From: a virus
Virus record (IMG/VR): IMGVR_UViG_3300029787_000007
Location: 48,700 to 112,699 of that record
Direction: 5' to 3' (one strand)
Length of the DNA: 64,000 nucleotides
Shown piece after piece: positions 9,401 to 20,100 of the stretch; within the stretch, counting starts at the first letter, position 1, and the number at the start of each line of letters is the position of its first letter. Under the pieces are notes generated by a model that was not told where the DNA came from, did no database searches, and was given only the letters and a program-made list of their open reading frames with translations. Position numbers and translations under genes: made by a program.

Positions 9401-12400
9401 AGAAATGATTGCTGAGGGTCTTCCTCCCCTCTCGTCTGATCCTGGATGCGAAAATGGTATTTTACCTTTAGAGCCGACATCTCTTTCAAATGTTGCAGTT
9501 TCATCAATGGACATGTTGATGAGACAAGTGCACTTAGAATTTTCAGTTGATATGCTTGGTAATGGCCCAGGAGAAAAAAACTGGGGCCTAATGAATATGA
9601 TTCTAAGTGATACAATGGGCAATCCTTTGACCGCACACTATAGAAAAGCATATAATGATGATAATTATGTTGATTTTGTTACAAAAAATGATGAAGACGC
9701 AACATTAATTCAAAAAGGGCAATTTCCTGCTTATGTGGCAGAATGGTTGCAAGAAAAACTAGGCGACATGTTAGAAAACGGAAATATATCTTTTAACACT
9801 AACAATAATTTTAGAGAAACAACAAGTACCATAAAATCATTTAAAGATTTAAATTTAAGTTTATATGGTGGTGTTAGTACTCTTGAGCTGCCTGACTTTG
9901 GATACGATTCCATCGGAATTGTAAGAGCTGAAGATGAAGAAGTAGAATTTATTAGATTCGGACGCAAAAAAGACCCTGACCTTTCTCTTTCCTTTGTTGA
10001 CAACAACAAAGGGCTTGTTGAGCATGGTTATTCAGATTACCTATATGGCTTTAATGTAAACTTGTTTTTGTCAGAACTAAAAGAAGTCGCAGCCGCAGAC
10101 CCAACACAAGAATCTGGTTTGTTACCTGTAGTAAGAAATTTGAAATCAGACAATGCAAGAGTTAACATAACAAACTTGTTAAACTTTAATGCTCAAATGA
10201 CCAGAGCAGATAGAAAAAATATGTCAAAAGAGGAAAAAGAAGCGTTCAATAGAAGCACTCGCGTTGCATCAATTCAAAAAGAAAGAGCTTTTGAATTTGT
10301 ATCTGTTGATGATACTTTTGATTTGGCTTCCTTAACGAATTACCCAAATTTTCAAGCTAGCTTTATGACTCACCCAGAATATATGCCACAGCAAATTTTG
10401 CTACACGAAATACTCACTCAACAAGGCTCAAACGTTACTTTAGCTGAACTAAAAACTTTTCACGAAAACACACTTAGCGCTGTTTTTGAATCTATTGTAA
10501 AAGAAGTTTATGAAAATCAGTCTGCTTTCATGTATGGTGCAACATATGATACTTTATCAGAAGACGATATAGCATATGTTGTTCAAGAAGGTCAGACGGA
10601 TAGCTCAGCCGGAACGCTATATAGTGACGCAAAGCTTGATGGAGAAGATATTATAAATGATGATAACATTCTAGGAATAAGTTATGATCAGTTTATAAAC
10701 GAACAAAATGGAACTCCAGAAAATACCAGGGTATTTTATTTAGATCCTGTAACATATGGCGGCACATATACAAACCCACCAATCTATATTAAGCCAATGC
10801 AAAATGATGGCTGGCTTGGCTTAATAGATGCTTTGTTTCCTGAATTGAGTCCATGCAAACCTTCTAAAACAGATTTAATAGATTTTGAACAAATAAGCGA
10901 TCAAATATCAGAAACATATAATAAAATTCCAACTGATCAAAGACTAAAACACGACCCTGACTGCGTTATAGAGATGCCGTATAATAGGATTTTAGACAGA
11001 ACTGCTGCTTCAACTATACAGGGAATTATTACTGCTGCATGTCGAATATTTTCTAGTGTTCATTTCATGAAAACAATAGCAACCTTTACCGTTTTTAAGC
11101 CAGATTTTAACAATGTATACAGCTCTATTTATCCTCAATATATTGTAGAAAATATGGAAAAAGCTTTTAAAGATGCACAGCCACCAGCTGCAGAATTTTT
11201 CAATACGTTTAAAGATGAAGAATTTTGGTATGCTTTTTTAGAACAATCAGTACAAACTTACGGTAGGCTTGTAGATGATGGCACAATTATTGATCCGCCA
11301 GAATCTATTTTAACTGCACTTTTGTTGATTAATGATTCGCAAGAGCAATACCAATTTTTAACAAAAGAAGATTGGAAAAATTCACAAAATCTTTCTGGTG
11401 ATTTTGCCAAAGCGGCGCTAGCTGGGGTTGCAGGAAGTAAAGTGCCTATTCCTGGATCTGGTGTAATTGCAGCTGCAAAAGTGTTTGCAGATAATTTTGA
11501 AACATATAAAGAATTTAAGCAAAGAAATAATTTAGAAGCAATTAAGAAAACTGAAGATCTTGCAAAATTAGTTTTAAAAGAGATGGTAAAAACTGAACTT
11601 CAATACATGTCTGAAAAGTTTTTAGAAAATTTAAAAGATTTAAATCTTGAACCGTCTTACACAGATATCGATTATTATATGCTTACTAACTTTTCTCAAG
11701 GTGGCATTGATTTAGATTTAGATAAAGAAATTGTTGCCATAGTTGAGGAGGAGCCCTCTGGGCCTTCATATGGATCTACCTCTAATGTAGCCGGCCACCT
11801 TCATACATACCAAGTCGATGCCGAAGGTAATGGCTGGGCATATGAAGCATATCATCCAACTCAACCAAAAATAAGACATAAGCATCAAATTATAAATTGG
11901 GAAGTTCAAGAAGCCCAAAGTGTCTGTTACCCAAATTGTAAAGATATTTATGGTGTTGATGGCGTTGGCTCTCATGTCCACAACATTAGTAGTATGATTG
12001 TGCCAATTGGAGATGTAGAATCATTTGGATTTGAATTTGCTTCTGATAGTAATCTTCCATTTATACTTGAAAAGTATATTAAAATTAACGATAGAAAGCA
12101 TGGAATAGAAGAGGGAACAGAGATAATTAAGTCTAATGATCCCAACAAAAATATATCTGACATATATCCTGGAACACTTGAATTAGTCTATGCTGTTACC
12201 GATGTTGAAGATTCTGATGGGCAAGAGGGAATCAGACAAACTGTTAACACAGATGAGGTTGTAGGTTTACAGGGTGAATTAGGAGTTAAACATGGCTTAC
12301 AGCTTTCTATTTTAGTAAATGGAGAAAAACAAGAAATTACATCAGTTGAAATAGATGCTTTAGATTATGAAACTCAGTCTTTTATTGCTGTTCAAGCTAA

Positions 12401-12971
12401 CTCTAAAGAATTGTTGTGTTTAATAAAACTATTAAAAGAAGACGAAAAATTTAGATTATTATCACATTATATAATTCCAACAAATAAACTACTGTCTCTT
12501 CTTGCAATTTATAACGATATGGCATTTTTACCATCTATTGGAGAAAAAACCGTTCCAGAAGGAGATACCTTAACTTCCGACTTTGATTCTAAACCGGGCA
12601 CCAAAGTAACCTTTAATTCTGACGGAGATGTAGAATACAGCTACACGGCTGGGTGGGCTCATGTAGATGACAGAAATCCTGGATTTTTAGCTGGTATAGC
12701 AGTAAGAGAGTGGGACTCTTGGGACAAAGAGCTTTTAAGAAATTCAAGAAGCAGAATTAAGAAAATTTTTAAAACATATTATAACTCTAGCACAAATACA
12801 TTTGAAAATGATATAGAGGAAATGACTTCTATTGATCCTGTCAAAATTGCACTTGAAAGATTTAAATCTAATCTTAAGCCAAGACTTGGTGAAACTTTCT
12901 TACCTTGGTGGCGAAAAAACAGATTAAGAACTAACCCGTTTGATTCTAAGGGCGAATTGTGCGAAAAATAA
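6471..12971 (+). CDS. Very large (2166 aa) probable virion structural protein
   Basis: Uninterrupted acidic ORF in baseplate block; His-x-His-rich insert near C-terminus. Confidence 0.7.
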   Translation: MANSKFLEYQDTDDSKLIDKCDDLTNVPEQKICVSCNKNPSYIAPDWKTKDVSEPWLNEKLCKFQVTVTTNEKSLVPFFGASEDEAEEFVNNLFETYQEEAIDAILVDFNKDNSSENIEALKNAIEFEKYDLSLRIHSRVKLLYSIPYEDLASIKENVDITDQEEDAEDDTDEAGDYPISVVYDASTLNQNMLKIRRSLKLYSRYLKMFRSLQNGNLIFENDNRIFYLERYGDNGMMGTSTLEKVMKDIDKFLYEKGYRLKGGPPSGIGTDVVKTIEFTFVNYGLTTITITTESCGDKNFNFNKRKIRKLIRKGHFKDKTAMAYLSKIEDMLIDLEAREPLPWLDFVTKHTHPKVIETFNWPLDSPLNEATPQSCVAETLTEEAKQLGADIFDLEFSLADALVFNFNKNVCKKDALELTEERIKVGAIFNQDNPATGRENQKMRAAAREQAYKQLDIEGEVFIAACMKMFTENTGRGIGSAGDIFTDFFDRVKLCGLKDLAIDGIKCLMKGISFEKAVSSIIKAALTNMSLENFGKFFVLLPADEQVQLQESIMQRIQSGDVFRPESVNDDISRYIDEGVSPHPDIELEPWTIPSIVDNFRNTDSGGSRSNFSEQTLENSQYNSNVRTLAQRFDSFSNSGGSAQTGLVIQLYIDAIIDFYSDDLLNVVDILDRFPGAQLIARTLVMLDCPQPPMFDPPVLDWIRDIELPFCDGIDDITWPSIRNPLAWWPRRWSILPSFTLMLNVFLEHAITQILTLLVVKICNLIGSAICKAVETTGQLAANAINPNNRDTFSETIKQAICGEDATEEQVDDTIAEIMAALGVGGAALGNTEQLNSFVGDMSETLSQREMMEMFSGNPSDESLEALRSLVENEHPQYQSAFPSKEAIADFTKGVGNLFPAKFRNTMQNALDAADDLQINPSLCATPEQLEQFCSFRDSLLGDRATAAQKSAMCDNFDNEMIDTLDDLARAVQQDPSEMIAEGLPPLSSDPGCENGILPLEPTSLSNVAVSSMDMLMRQVHLEFSVDMLGNGPGEKNWGLMNMILSDTMGNPLTAHYRKAYNDDNYVDFVTKNDEDATLIQKGQFPAYVAEWLQEKLGDMLENGNISFNTNNNFRETTSTIKSFKDLNLSLYGGVSTLELPDFGYDSIGIVRAEDEEVEFIRFGRKKDPDLSLSFVDNNKGLVEHGYSDYLYGFNVNLFLSELKEVAAADPTQESGLLPVVRNLKSDNARVNITNLLNFNAQMTRADRKNMSKEEKEAFNRSTRVASIQKERAFEFVSVDDTFDLASLTNYPNFQASFMTHPEYMPQQILLHEILTQQGSNVTLAELKTFHENTLSAVFESIVKEVYENQSAFMYGATYDTLSEDDIAYVVQEGQTDSSAGTLYSDAKLDGEDIINDDNILGISYDQFINEQNGTPENTRVFYLDPVTYGGTYTNPPIYIKPMQNDGWLGLIDALFPELSPCKPSKTDLIDFEQISDQISETYNKIPTDQRLKHDPDCVIEMPYNRILDRTAASTIQGIITAACRIFSSVHFMKTIATFTVFKPDFNNVYSSIYPQYIVENMEKAFKDAQPPAAEFFNTFKDEEFWYAFLEQSVQTYGRLVDDGTIIDPPESILTALLLINDSQEQYQFLTKEDWKNSQNLSGDFAKAALAGVAGSKVPIPGSGVIAAAKVFADNFETYKEFKQRNNLEAIKKTEDLAKLVLKEMVKTELQYMSEKFLENLKDLNLEPSYTDIDYYMLTNFSQGGIDLDLDKEIVAIVEEEPSGPSYGSTSNVAGHLHTYQVDAEGNGWAYEAYHPTQPKIRHKHQIINWEVQEAQSVCYPNCKDIYGVDGVGSHVHNISSMIVPIGDVESFGFEFASDSNLPFILEKYIKINDRKHGIEEGTEIIKSNDPNKNISDIYPGTLELVYAVTDVEDSDGQEGIRQTVNTDEVVGLQGELGVKHGLQLSILVNGEKQEITSVEIDALDYETQSFIAVQANSKELLCLIKLLKEDEKFRLLSHYIIPTNKLLSLLAIYNDMAFLPSIGEKTVPEGDTLTSDFDSKPGTKVTFNSDGDVEYSYTAGWAHVDDRNPGFLAGIAVREWDSWDKELLRNSRSRIKKIFKTYYNSSTNTFENDIEEMTSIDPVKIALERFKSNLKPRLGETFLPWWRKNRLRTNPFDSKGELCEK

Positions 12972-13003
12972 ATAACTGTTGTAATTAATATAGGAAATAA
13001 ATT

Positions 13004-13357
13004 ATGTCTTCAATTGGAATTAAATTGCCACTTGCATATAGTAGCCTAGATGGCTTTCATATGATTAAAACAATTCGTCAAATGGCGAAGCAAAATTTTA
13101 AAATGTTAATTTTAACAAATCCTGGAGAAAGAATCATGGAACCAAATTTTGGTGTTGGTTTGTCTAGATTTTTGTTTGAAAACAATACAAAAGGTATTAA
13201 ACAAAGAATTAATGATCAAGTGTCGACATACATGCCGGCAATACAACTTGTCTCCGTGGATCTTTTTCAAAATCCAGACAGCAATTTATTAAACATATCT
13301 ATTTCTTATAAAATACCCAGCGTAGGAATAAACGATTTGTTAGAATTTACTATTTAA
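13004..13357 (+). CDS. Baseplate wedge protein, gp25/GPW-like
   Basis: LILTNPGERIMEPNFGVGL signature; 117 aa. Confidence 0.9.
   Translation: MSSIGIKLPLAYSSLDGFHMIKTIRQMAKQNFKMLILTNPGERIMEPNFGVGLSRFLFENNTKGIKQRINDQVSTYMPAIQLVSVDLFQNPDSNLLNISISYKIPSVGINDLLEFTI
13349..13356 (+). promoter_or_regulatory. Candidate late promoter ACTATTTA
   Basis: Recurrent motif, ~20 bp before gp6-like gene. Confidence 0.4.
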
Positions 13358-13378
13358 AATCAAGGAATTTACTTATCA

Positions 13379-15175
13379 ATGACAAAAAATAATGATAAAA
13401 TGCTGCCAATTAATTTTACAAGCAGGGAATTTAATTCTATACGCAATGAATTAATGGGCATTGTAGAGAAATATTATCCTGATAATTTTCAAGATTGGAG
13501 TGAGGCATCTTTTGGTTCTATGATGATAGATGCTGTCGCATATGTTGGAGATCAATTATCTTTTTATCTGGATTATAATGTTAATGAATCTTTTTTGGAC
13601 ACTTCTTATAGTTTAACAAATATTCTTCGTCACGGTCGAGTATTAGGTTATAAATCTCCTGGCCGGCCATCTACATATGGAGAGGTCGCCTTATTTATAG
13701 AAATACCTGCAAACTCTACCGGACTGGGCCCTGACAGAAGTTATATGCCCATTTTAAAAAGGGGAAGCAGGTTTAAATCTCAAAGTGGTTTAAACTTTAT
13801 ATTGCTAGAGAATATAAATTTTGCTGACAGCAGCAATCAAGTAATCGTTTCAAAAGTTGATGATTCTACAGGCGCCCCCACTCACTACGGAGTAAAAGCT
13901 TACGGAAATGTTGTATCTGGCAGGTTTGGCTTGAAAGAAATTAAAGTTGGTGGGTACGAAAAATTTAGATCTATTAGCTTAAATGTTCCAAATTTATCAG
14001 AAATTATTTCAGTTAGAGACATTGAAGGAAATGAATATCACGAGGTTGAACATTTATCACAGGATATAATTTATAAAGAAATACCAAACGAAAATTATAA
14101 AAATGATAATGTAGCATCAATTATGAAACCTTATTTGGTATCTAGAAAATTTGTTACCATTATAACAAACGGCAACGCAGTGCTTCAATTTGGTAGTGGC
14201 GATTTAGCAAGTTCTGAATTAGTAGCAGCTCCGCAAAAAGTAGCAATAGATACTTTCGGAAAAGATTATGTTACTGATACTACGTTTGATCCAACTAAAT
14301 TATCAAAAAGTAAAAATTATGGCATTGTTCCCGCCAACACAACTTTATCAGTTATATACAGAGAGACTAATCCAATATCTTCAAACTTGGCAGCGCTTCA
14401 ACTTAACAAGGTTTCCACCGCTACTTTTGATTTTTCAGCGTTTCCAAATTTAGCAAGTACGAAAATTACAGATGTAAGAAACTCTTTAGAAGTTATGAAT
14501 GAAACGCCTATTATTGGAGATAACGCATACACAAATCCATCTCAAGTAAAACAAAATGTAGTTGACACCTTTCCTACTCAGAATAGAGCAGTAACACAGA
14601 CTGATTACGAAAATATTATATACAGAATGGCTAGCAAGTTCGGTTCTATTAAAAGATGCTCCGTCCAAAAAGATCCAGATTCATTAAAAAGAAATTTAAA
14701 TGCATACGTTGTGTCGGAAGATGTATATGGAAATTTAATAAAAACAAACAAGACAATAAAGAATAATTTAAAAACATGGCTAAATCATTATAGAATGGTA
14801 AACGACACAATTGATATTTTAGATCCATACATTATTAATTTAAAAATTGAATTTAGTGTATCGACACTGCCCGGCACCGATAAAGATATTGCCATGAGTA
14901 AATCTCTTGCAGCAATAAAGAGATATTTTTCAGACGGATTTTTTATTGGAGAGCACTTACAAATTAGCGACATGTATTCAGTTTTAAAAGAAATTCCAGA
15001 AGTTTTGGACGTTACAAGAGTCGTACTATTTAACGCTCCTGGTTCTCAATATTCCGGCATATCCTTTTCAGTTAATAAAAATATGTCTCCAAACGGTGCT
15101 AAATTATTATGTCCAAAAAATGCCATTTTTGAATTTAAATATCCTGAAGTTGATATAAAAGGTAAAGTTGTTTAA
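13379..15175 (+). CDS. Baseplate wedge protein, T4 gp6/baseplate-J-like
   Basis: FTSREFNSIR, AYVGDQLSFYLD, LGYK, LQFGSG, QNRAVTQTDYE motifs; follows gp25. Confidence 0.88.
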   Translation: MTKNNDKMLPINFTSREFNSIRNELMGIVEKYYPDNFQDWSEASFGSMMIDAVAYVGDQLSFYLDYNVNESFLDTSYSLTNILRHGRVLGYKSPGRPSTYGEVALFIEIPANSTGLGPDRSYMPILKRGSRFKSQSGLNFILLENINFADSSNQVIVSKVDDSTGAPTHYGVKAYGNVVSGRFGLKEIKVGGYEKFRSISLNVPNLSEIISVRDIEGNEYHEVEHLSQDIIYKEIPNENYKNDNVASIMKPYLVSRKFVTIITNGNAVLQFGSGDLASSELVAAPQKVAIDTFGKDYVTDTTFDPTKLSKSKNYGIVPANTTLSVIYRETNPISSNLAALQLNKVSTATFDFSAFPNLASTKITDVRNSLEVMNETPIIGDNAYTNPSQVKQNVVDTFPTQNRAVTQTDYENIIYRMASKFGSIKRCSVQKDPDSLKRNLNAYVVSEDVYGNLIKTNKTIKNNLKTWLNHYRMVNDTIDILDPYIINLKIEFSVSTLPGTDKDIAMSKSLAAIKRYFSDGFFIGEHLQISDMYSVLKEIPEVLDVTRVVLFNAPGSQYSGISFSVNKNMSPNGAKLLCPKNAIFEFKYPEVDIKGKVV

Positions 15176-17127
15176 TGATCCGTAAATATACAGCTAGTGC
15201 TGATAATACAATTGTAAGTGCTTATGAATTGAACTTAACAACTCGCGGCACTGGTTCTAATGCCGGCCGCGCTGATATTCTTGAAACTTTTTCAATTTAT
15301 GGGCGCGCCACAACAAGTTCACAAGAATTGTCAAGAATTTTGATTAATTTTCCAATCGATCAGATTAGTGCTGATAGAACGTCAGGCAAAGTGCCGGCCA
15401 GCGCATCGGTAAATTTTTATTTAAAAATGTATAATGCGCCACATTCTAAAACAGTTGGTAGGGATTATAAGCTTGTAGTACAGCCGGTGTCAGCTTCATG
15501 GCAAGAAGGAGACGGTCTGGATCTTGAAGGCTATAAAGATATAACACACGACGGTGTTGGTTCAAACTGGATTAATGCTAATGATAATCACACAGCGGCT
15601 ACGGCGACTTTGACCGCTCTTAGTAAAACCGCTGGCCAAGCTAATACAAGAGTTTTAACAATTTATGATATTGCTGAGAATAATGTTTCTTTTACTATTG
15701 ATAATAGTCTTACCACTTCAACCGCTACTAAAATAGCGTTTGGAAACGCAAATAGTAATGCAACCCAGTTTGCTACAAACATTGCTGCAGCAATTAATGC
15801 TGCACAATCAGCCGGAACTTTAAATGTTACAGCCACATCATCAGATGCGACAGTAACACTATCACAAACCACAGAAGGATTAGCAGGCAATTCAGTGTCA
15901 AATATTGTCGGCACCGCAGTAACAGATAGCGTAATAACTGTTACTAGTCAATTTTCTGGTGGCGATGGAAAATGGAATAATGTCGGAGGAGATTATTTAG
16001 AAGATCGGGTTTATACTCAAACGTTTTCCGATGGCACTGAAAATTTAGAAATCAATATCACTGATATGGTTGAAGAATGGATCACAGGATCTTCAGGCGG
16101 CAAATATGATAACTACGGCATGAGCGTCCGGATGTCTGCTTCATATGAAGGAAGTTCGTCTGCTGCTTACGTAGATGAAGATTCTAATGTAATTTTAAAT
16201 ACTGTTGGTGCAGAAAAATCATATTACACAAAAAGATTTTTTGGAAGAGGCACACAGTATTTCTTCTATAAGCCAACAATTGAAGCAAGATGGGATTCTG
16301 CAACTCGCGACGATCGTGGAAACTTTTATTTTAGCAGCTCAAGGGCCCCAGCGGCTGATAATATGAATACCATTTATTTTTATAATAGAATTAGGGGTAG
16401 ATTAGTAAACATACCTGAGATTGGAAAAGGAGAAGTGTGCGTTAGTTTATTTTCTGGCTCAGAAAATAATTCTATGCCATCAGGCTCGGCGCAAAAAATA
16501 ATTAACTCTTCAAACAGTTCCGTAACGGTGCTTACTGGTGGTTACGTAGATACTGGAATTTATTCTTGCTCAATTTGTATTACCGCTTCTTCTGCTACTG
16601 GCTCTTTAGTTGACACATTTTATGATGTTTGGTTTTCAGGAAGTGATTCAATTGCCGATGCGACAGCTGCTTCTGAGCAGTATTTTACTGGTTCTATTTT
16701 GCCGCTAAGACATGATACGGGATATAGTATAGGAAAACCTTCTTATTACCTATCAATTACTAATTTACAATCAAAATATAAAGCAGACGATACTGTTAGA
16801 TTAAATTTGTTTGTTAGGAAAAAAGATTGGAGTCCAACAATTTATACCGTTGCAAAATCTGAAATAGAATCAGAAACTATTCTAAGCGCCTCTTACAGGG
16901 TTTATAGACTGTTAGATGGTTTTGGAGCCGTTCCATATGGAACTGGTAGTGATTTGCACACGGCATTATCATATGATATATCAGGAAATTATTTTGATTT
17001 AGACATGTCATTGTTAGAGCCGGGATATGGCTATGGGTTGAAATTTTGTTTTTATGATGAGAGAAACTTGTCGTGGCAAGAACAAGATTATGTTTTTAAA
17101 TTCAGAGTAGAAGATTATGAGTATTAA
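15175..17127 (+). CDS. Baseplate/virion structural protein (650 aa) with an inserted Ala/Thr-rich module
   Basis: Between gp6-like and gp7-like genes; beta-rich; ADNTI and SRILINF motifs. Confidence 0.6.
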   Translation: MIRKYTASADNTIVSAYELNLTTRGTGSNAGRADILETFSIYGRATTSSQELSRILINFPIDQISADRTSGKVPASASVNFYLKMYNAPHSKTVGRDYKLVVQPVSASWQEGDGLDLEGYKDITHDGVGSNWINANDNHTAATATLTALSKTAGQANTRVLTIYDIAENNVSFTIDNSLTTSTATKIAFGNANSNATQFATNIAAAINAAQSAGTLNVTATSSDATVTLSQTTEGLAGNSVSNIVGTAVTDSVITVTSQFSGGDGKWNNVGGDYLEDRVYTQTFSDGTENLEINITDMVEEWITGSSGGKYDNYGMSVRMSASYEGSSSAAYVDEDSNVILNTVGAEKSYYTKRFFGRGTQYFFYKPTIEARWDSATRDDRGNFYFSSSRAPAADNMNTIYFYNRIRGRLVNIPEIGKGEVCVSLFSGSENNSMPSGSAQKIINSSNSSVTVLTGGYVDTGIYSCSICITASSATGSLVDTFYDVWFSGSDSIADATAASEQYFTGSILPLRHDTGYSIGKPSYYLSITNLQSKYKADDTVRLNLFVRKKDWSPTIYTVAKSEIESETILSASYRVYRLLDGFGAVPYGTGSDLHTALSYDISGNYFDLDMSLLEPGYGYGLKFCFYDERNLSWQEQDYVFKFRVEDYEY

Positions 17128-20100
17128 AAAATTATTTGATTCTGCAGACAAAAATACTAACTTTAGTGATTACGCAAATGAAAAAGAAAGGTATGAGTTT
17201 GTTGAATCTATTGACAATGCTGAACAAATAACTATAAAAAATAAAACGTTTACGCCAATCATAGATTATTCAAATCCGGTCAACTTTATAAAATATGGTT
17301 CTGCCTATTATTTTTATCAAGGCGCCCTAACAAAAATCTCTGATTATTATCCTTATGATGGATCAGCAGCAGAAAAAAATACTTTTTATAATTCACTTTT
17401 GGAAGGCGAAAAATATATTTTTGATTCGCTATATCCTACAACAACAGGGTATGCACTATTTTCTGCAGATGGTTGGGGAAGCTTAGATTCAAGCGCTGGA
17501 ACTGTTACCAACGGGTTTGGATATCCTGCTAATGAGGAATATATTACAGTAAAGGGTGGTCCACTTACTTCTTCTGGTGATTCGTTAGCTGCTATGGGCC
17601 CAGATCCATACAATAGCAAAATTCACCATGCAAACATATATGATGAAAATATTTATCAAACGGCGAATTTGCCAGATGATTATGGTAAAGGAACTAGACT
17701 TTCAAATTTAAGATCAGATTTTGATGATGGAGTTACTGTTGAGTTCTGGCTTAAAAAAATAGCATTTGACACTGATTTAACACAAAAAGAAGTAATTTTT
17801 GATTTGTGGAATAATAACGCTATAGGCTCATCAGATAATTCTTATGGCAGAGTAACACTAACTATGGACGGTGGAGTTGGCTCTTCTACGACGCCTTTTA
17901 AGGTAACAGTTCAGAGTGGTTCAACCAACATATACCAGCAAGCAGTAGGGGCTTCTCCAACTCTTACAACTATTCAATCTTGGAATCATTATGCGTTTGT
18001 TTTACAAAATAGCGGAAGCGATTTTCATGTTAAATTATATGTTAACGGCGATTTGGACGATGATCAAAAAGTATCGTCCAAGACTTTTACAGAAATTAGC
18101 CAGAAAGGTATAATGGGTCGCATTGGTGCGTTGCTAACTGCATCTCAGCCAAACCCAAGTTCAATTATTTATCCACAGGCAGGAAATATAGCTGGCGGTG
18201 GAAAATTAAGCGCTTCCGTAGACGAATTTCGGTTTTGGAAAGTTGCAAGAAATTCACAGCAAATTAATAGAAATTGGTTTGACAACGTTGACGGCGGTGT
18301 CAATACTGATATTTCCAATACAACACTAGGAATATACTATAAATTCAACGAAGGGATTGTTGGAAGCAGTTCGATTGACAGTGTTGTGTTAGACTATGCC
18401 GGCCGAATTAGTAATGGTGTGTGGACCGGTTATGATTCATATAGTAGAAATACTGGTTCTGCCATAGTATCTGCTAGCGCGGCAATCTTCGAAAAAGAAG
18501 ATCCGATTATAAAAACCCAGCACCCAAGTTATACATCTCTTAGTTCCTCTTTGATAACAAGTGGTTCGTTTTACGATTTGAACAATAACTCTTCATTTAT
18601 TAGCTATGCTCCCAGTTGGGTAATTGAAGATCATGAGAACAATGGTAATGAAAATTTAAAAATTGTTTCACATATTATAGGAACATACTTTGATAAACTT
18701 TATTATTTAATTAAAGAAGTTCCAAAATTAAGGCATTCAAATCATCTTTCATCGTCAACAAAACCAATACCTTTTGCTAGACATCTACCGCAATCACTTG
18801 GTTTGTATACGCCAGATACCTTTATTAATTCAACTATTGTTGAAAAATTATTGAACAGAAACGAAACCGACCGTTTTGAAGGATCAATTGAAGATACTAA
18901 AAACGAAATTTATGTAAATTTATACAACAATCTTACAAATATTTATAAATCTAAAGGCACCTCTAAAGCAATAAAAAATGTTTTTAGATGTTTTAATTTA
19001 GACGATTCCTTAGTAAAATTTAAACAATATTCAACAAATCAAACATATGAATTAGATAATAATGCTTTACAAAATAAAGTGTTTAAAGATTTTATAAATT
19101 TTAATACATCAAGCAATGTAAATGCTGTGGTTTATCAAGCTGTTGATAGTTCTAACTCTGATAGTAGTGGTTATATTTCGGGTAGTTATGATGGCGAAGT
19201 TGAGGGAGTTGAGCAAATTTATGGGGCAACTGTAGAAGCGGAAGTAATGTTTCCATTTTACATCCCTAACAATACGTATGCACAAGCCATAAGTCGAGAA
19301 CCAACAGAAATCTCATTGTTCGGTATTACTAAAGTAGATACGGGAAGCGCAGGCTCTTTAAACGGTACCGACACAACTGATTTATCTAAAGACAATTACA
19401 GTAATTTTCAAGTATTTGCAATTAGAGAAAAGCCAAATTCTAAAAATGTTTATTTTAAATTAACTTCATCTTTTTCGCCACACCCCATACCATTATTAAC
19501 AAGTAGCGTTTTTTATAATGTATACGACAACAATCTTTGGAATTTTTCTGTACGTGTAAAGCCAAGCGGATATCCAATGTCTGGGTTTGTTAGCGGAGCA
19601 ACAACCTATACATATGATGTGATTTTTAAAGGGATAAACAATGTTTTAGGAACAGTTATTAATAGTTTTGAGGTTTCAAGTTCTATTGGGTTTGTTTCTG
19701 GTTCAAATTTTTTACGTTCACCAAAAAGAGTATATGTCGGAGCTAAAAGAGAAAACTTAACTGGGTCAGTACAATACACATCGGACGTTTTAGCATCAAA
19801 TGCTAAATATTGGGTTAAATTTTTAGATGATTATTCTCTTACACAGCATTCAAAAGATACTTTCAACCAGGGAATCTCCAGTTCATATCAAAATATATCA
19901 GGTTTAGCGCACAGCGGTTCAAATTTAGATCTATTAAACAGAAACACACTAGCATTAGATTGGAATTTTGACAATGTTACATCATCAGATTCATCAGGAA
20001 ATTTTATTGTTACTGACTACGGCTCTGGCTCGGCTCTAATAAGGAGAAGCTATGGCTGGCTAGGAAGAATATCTGGATACCAACATACAGGATATGGTTA

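Noticed and set aside
6471-12971. Tape measure protein call for the 2166-aa ORF
   Set aside because: It lacks the Ala/Gly-rich periodic helical repeats typical of tape measures and no tube or chaperone genes are adjacent.
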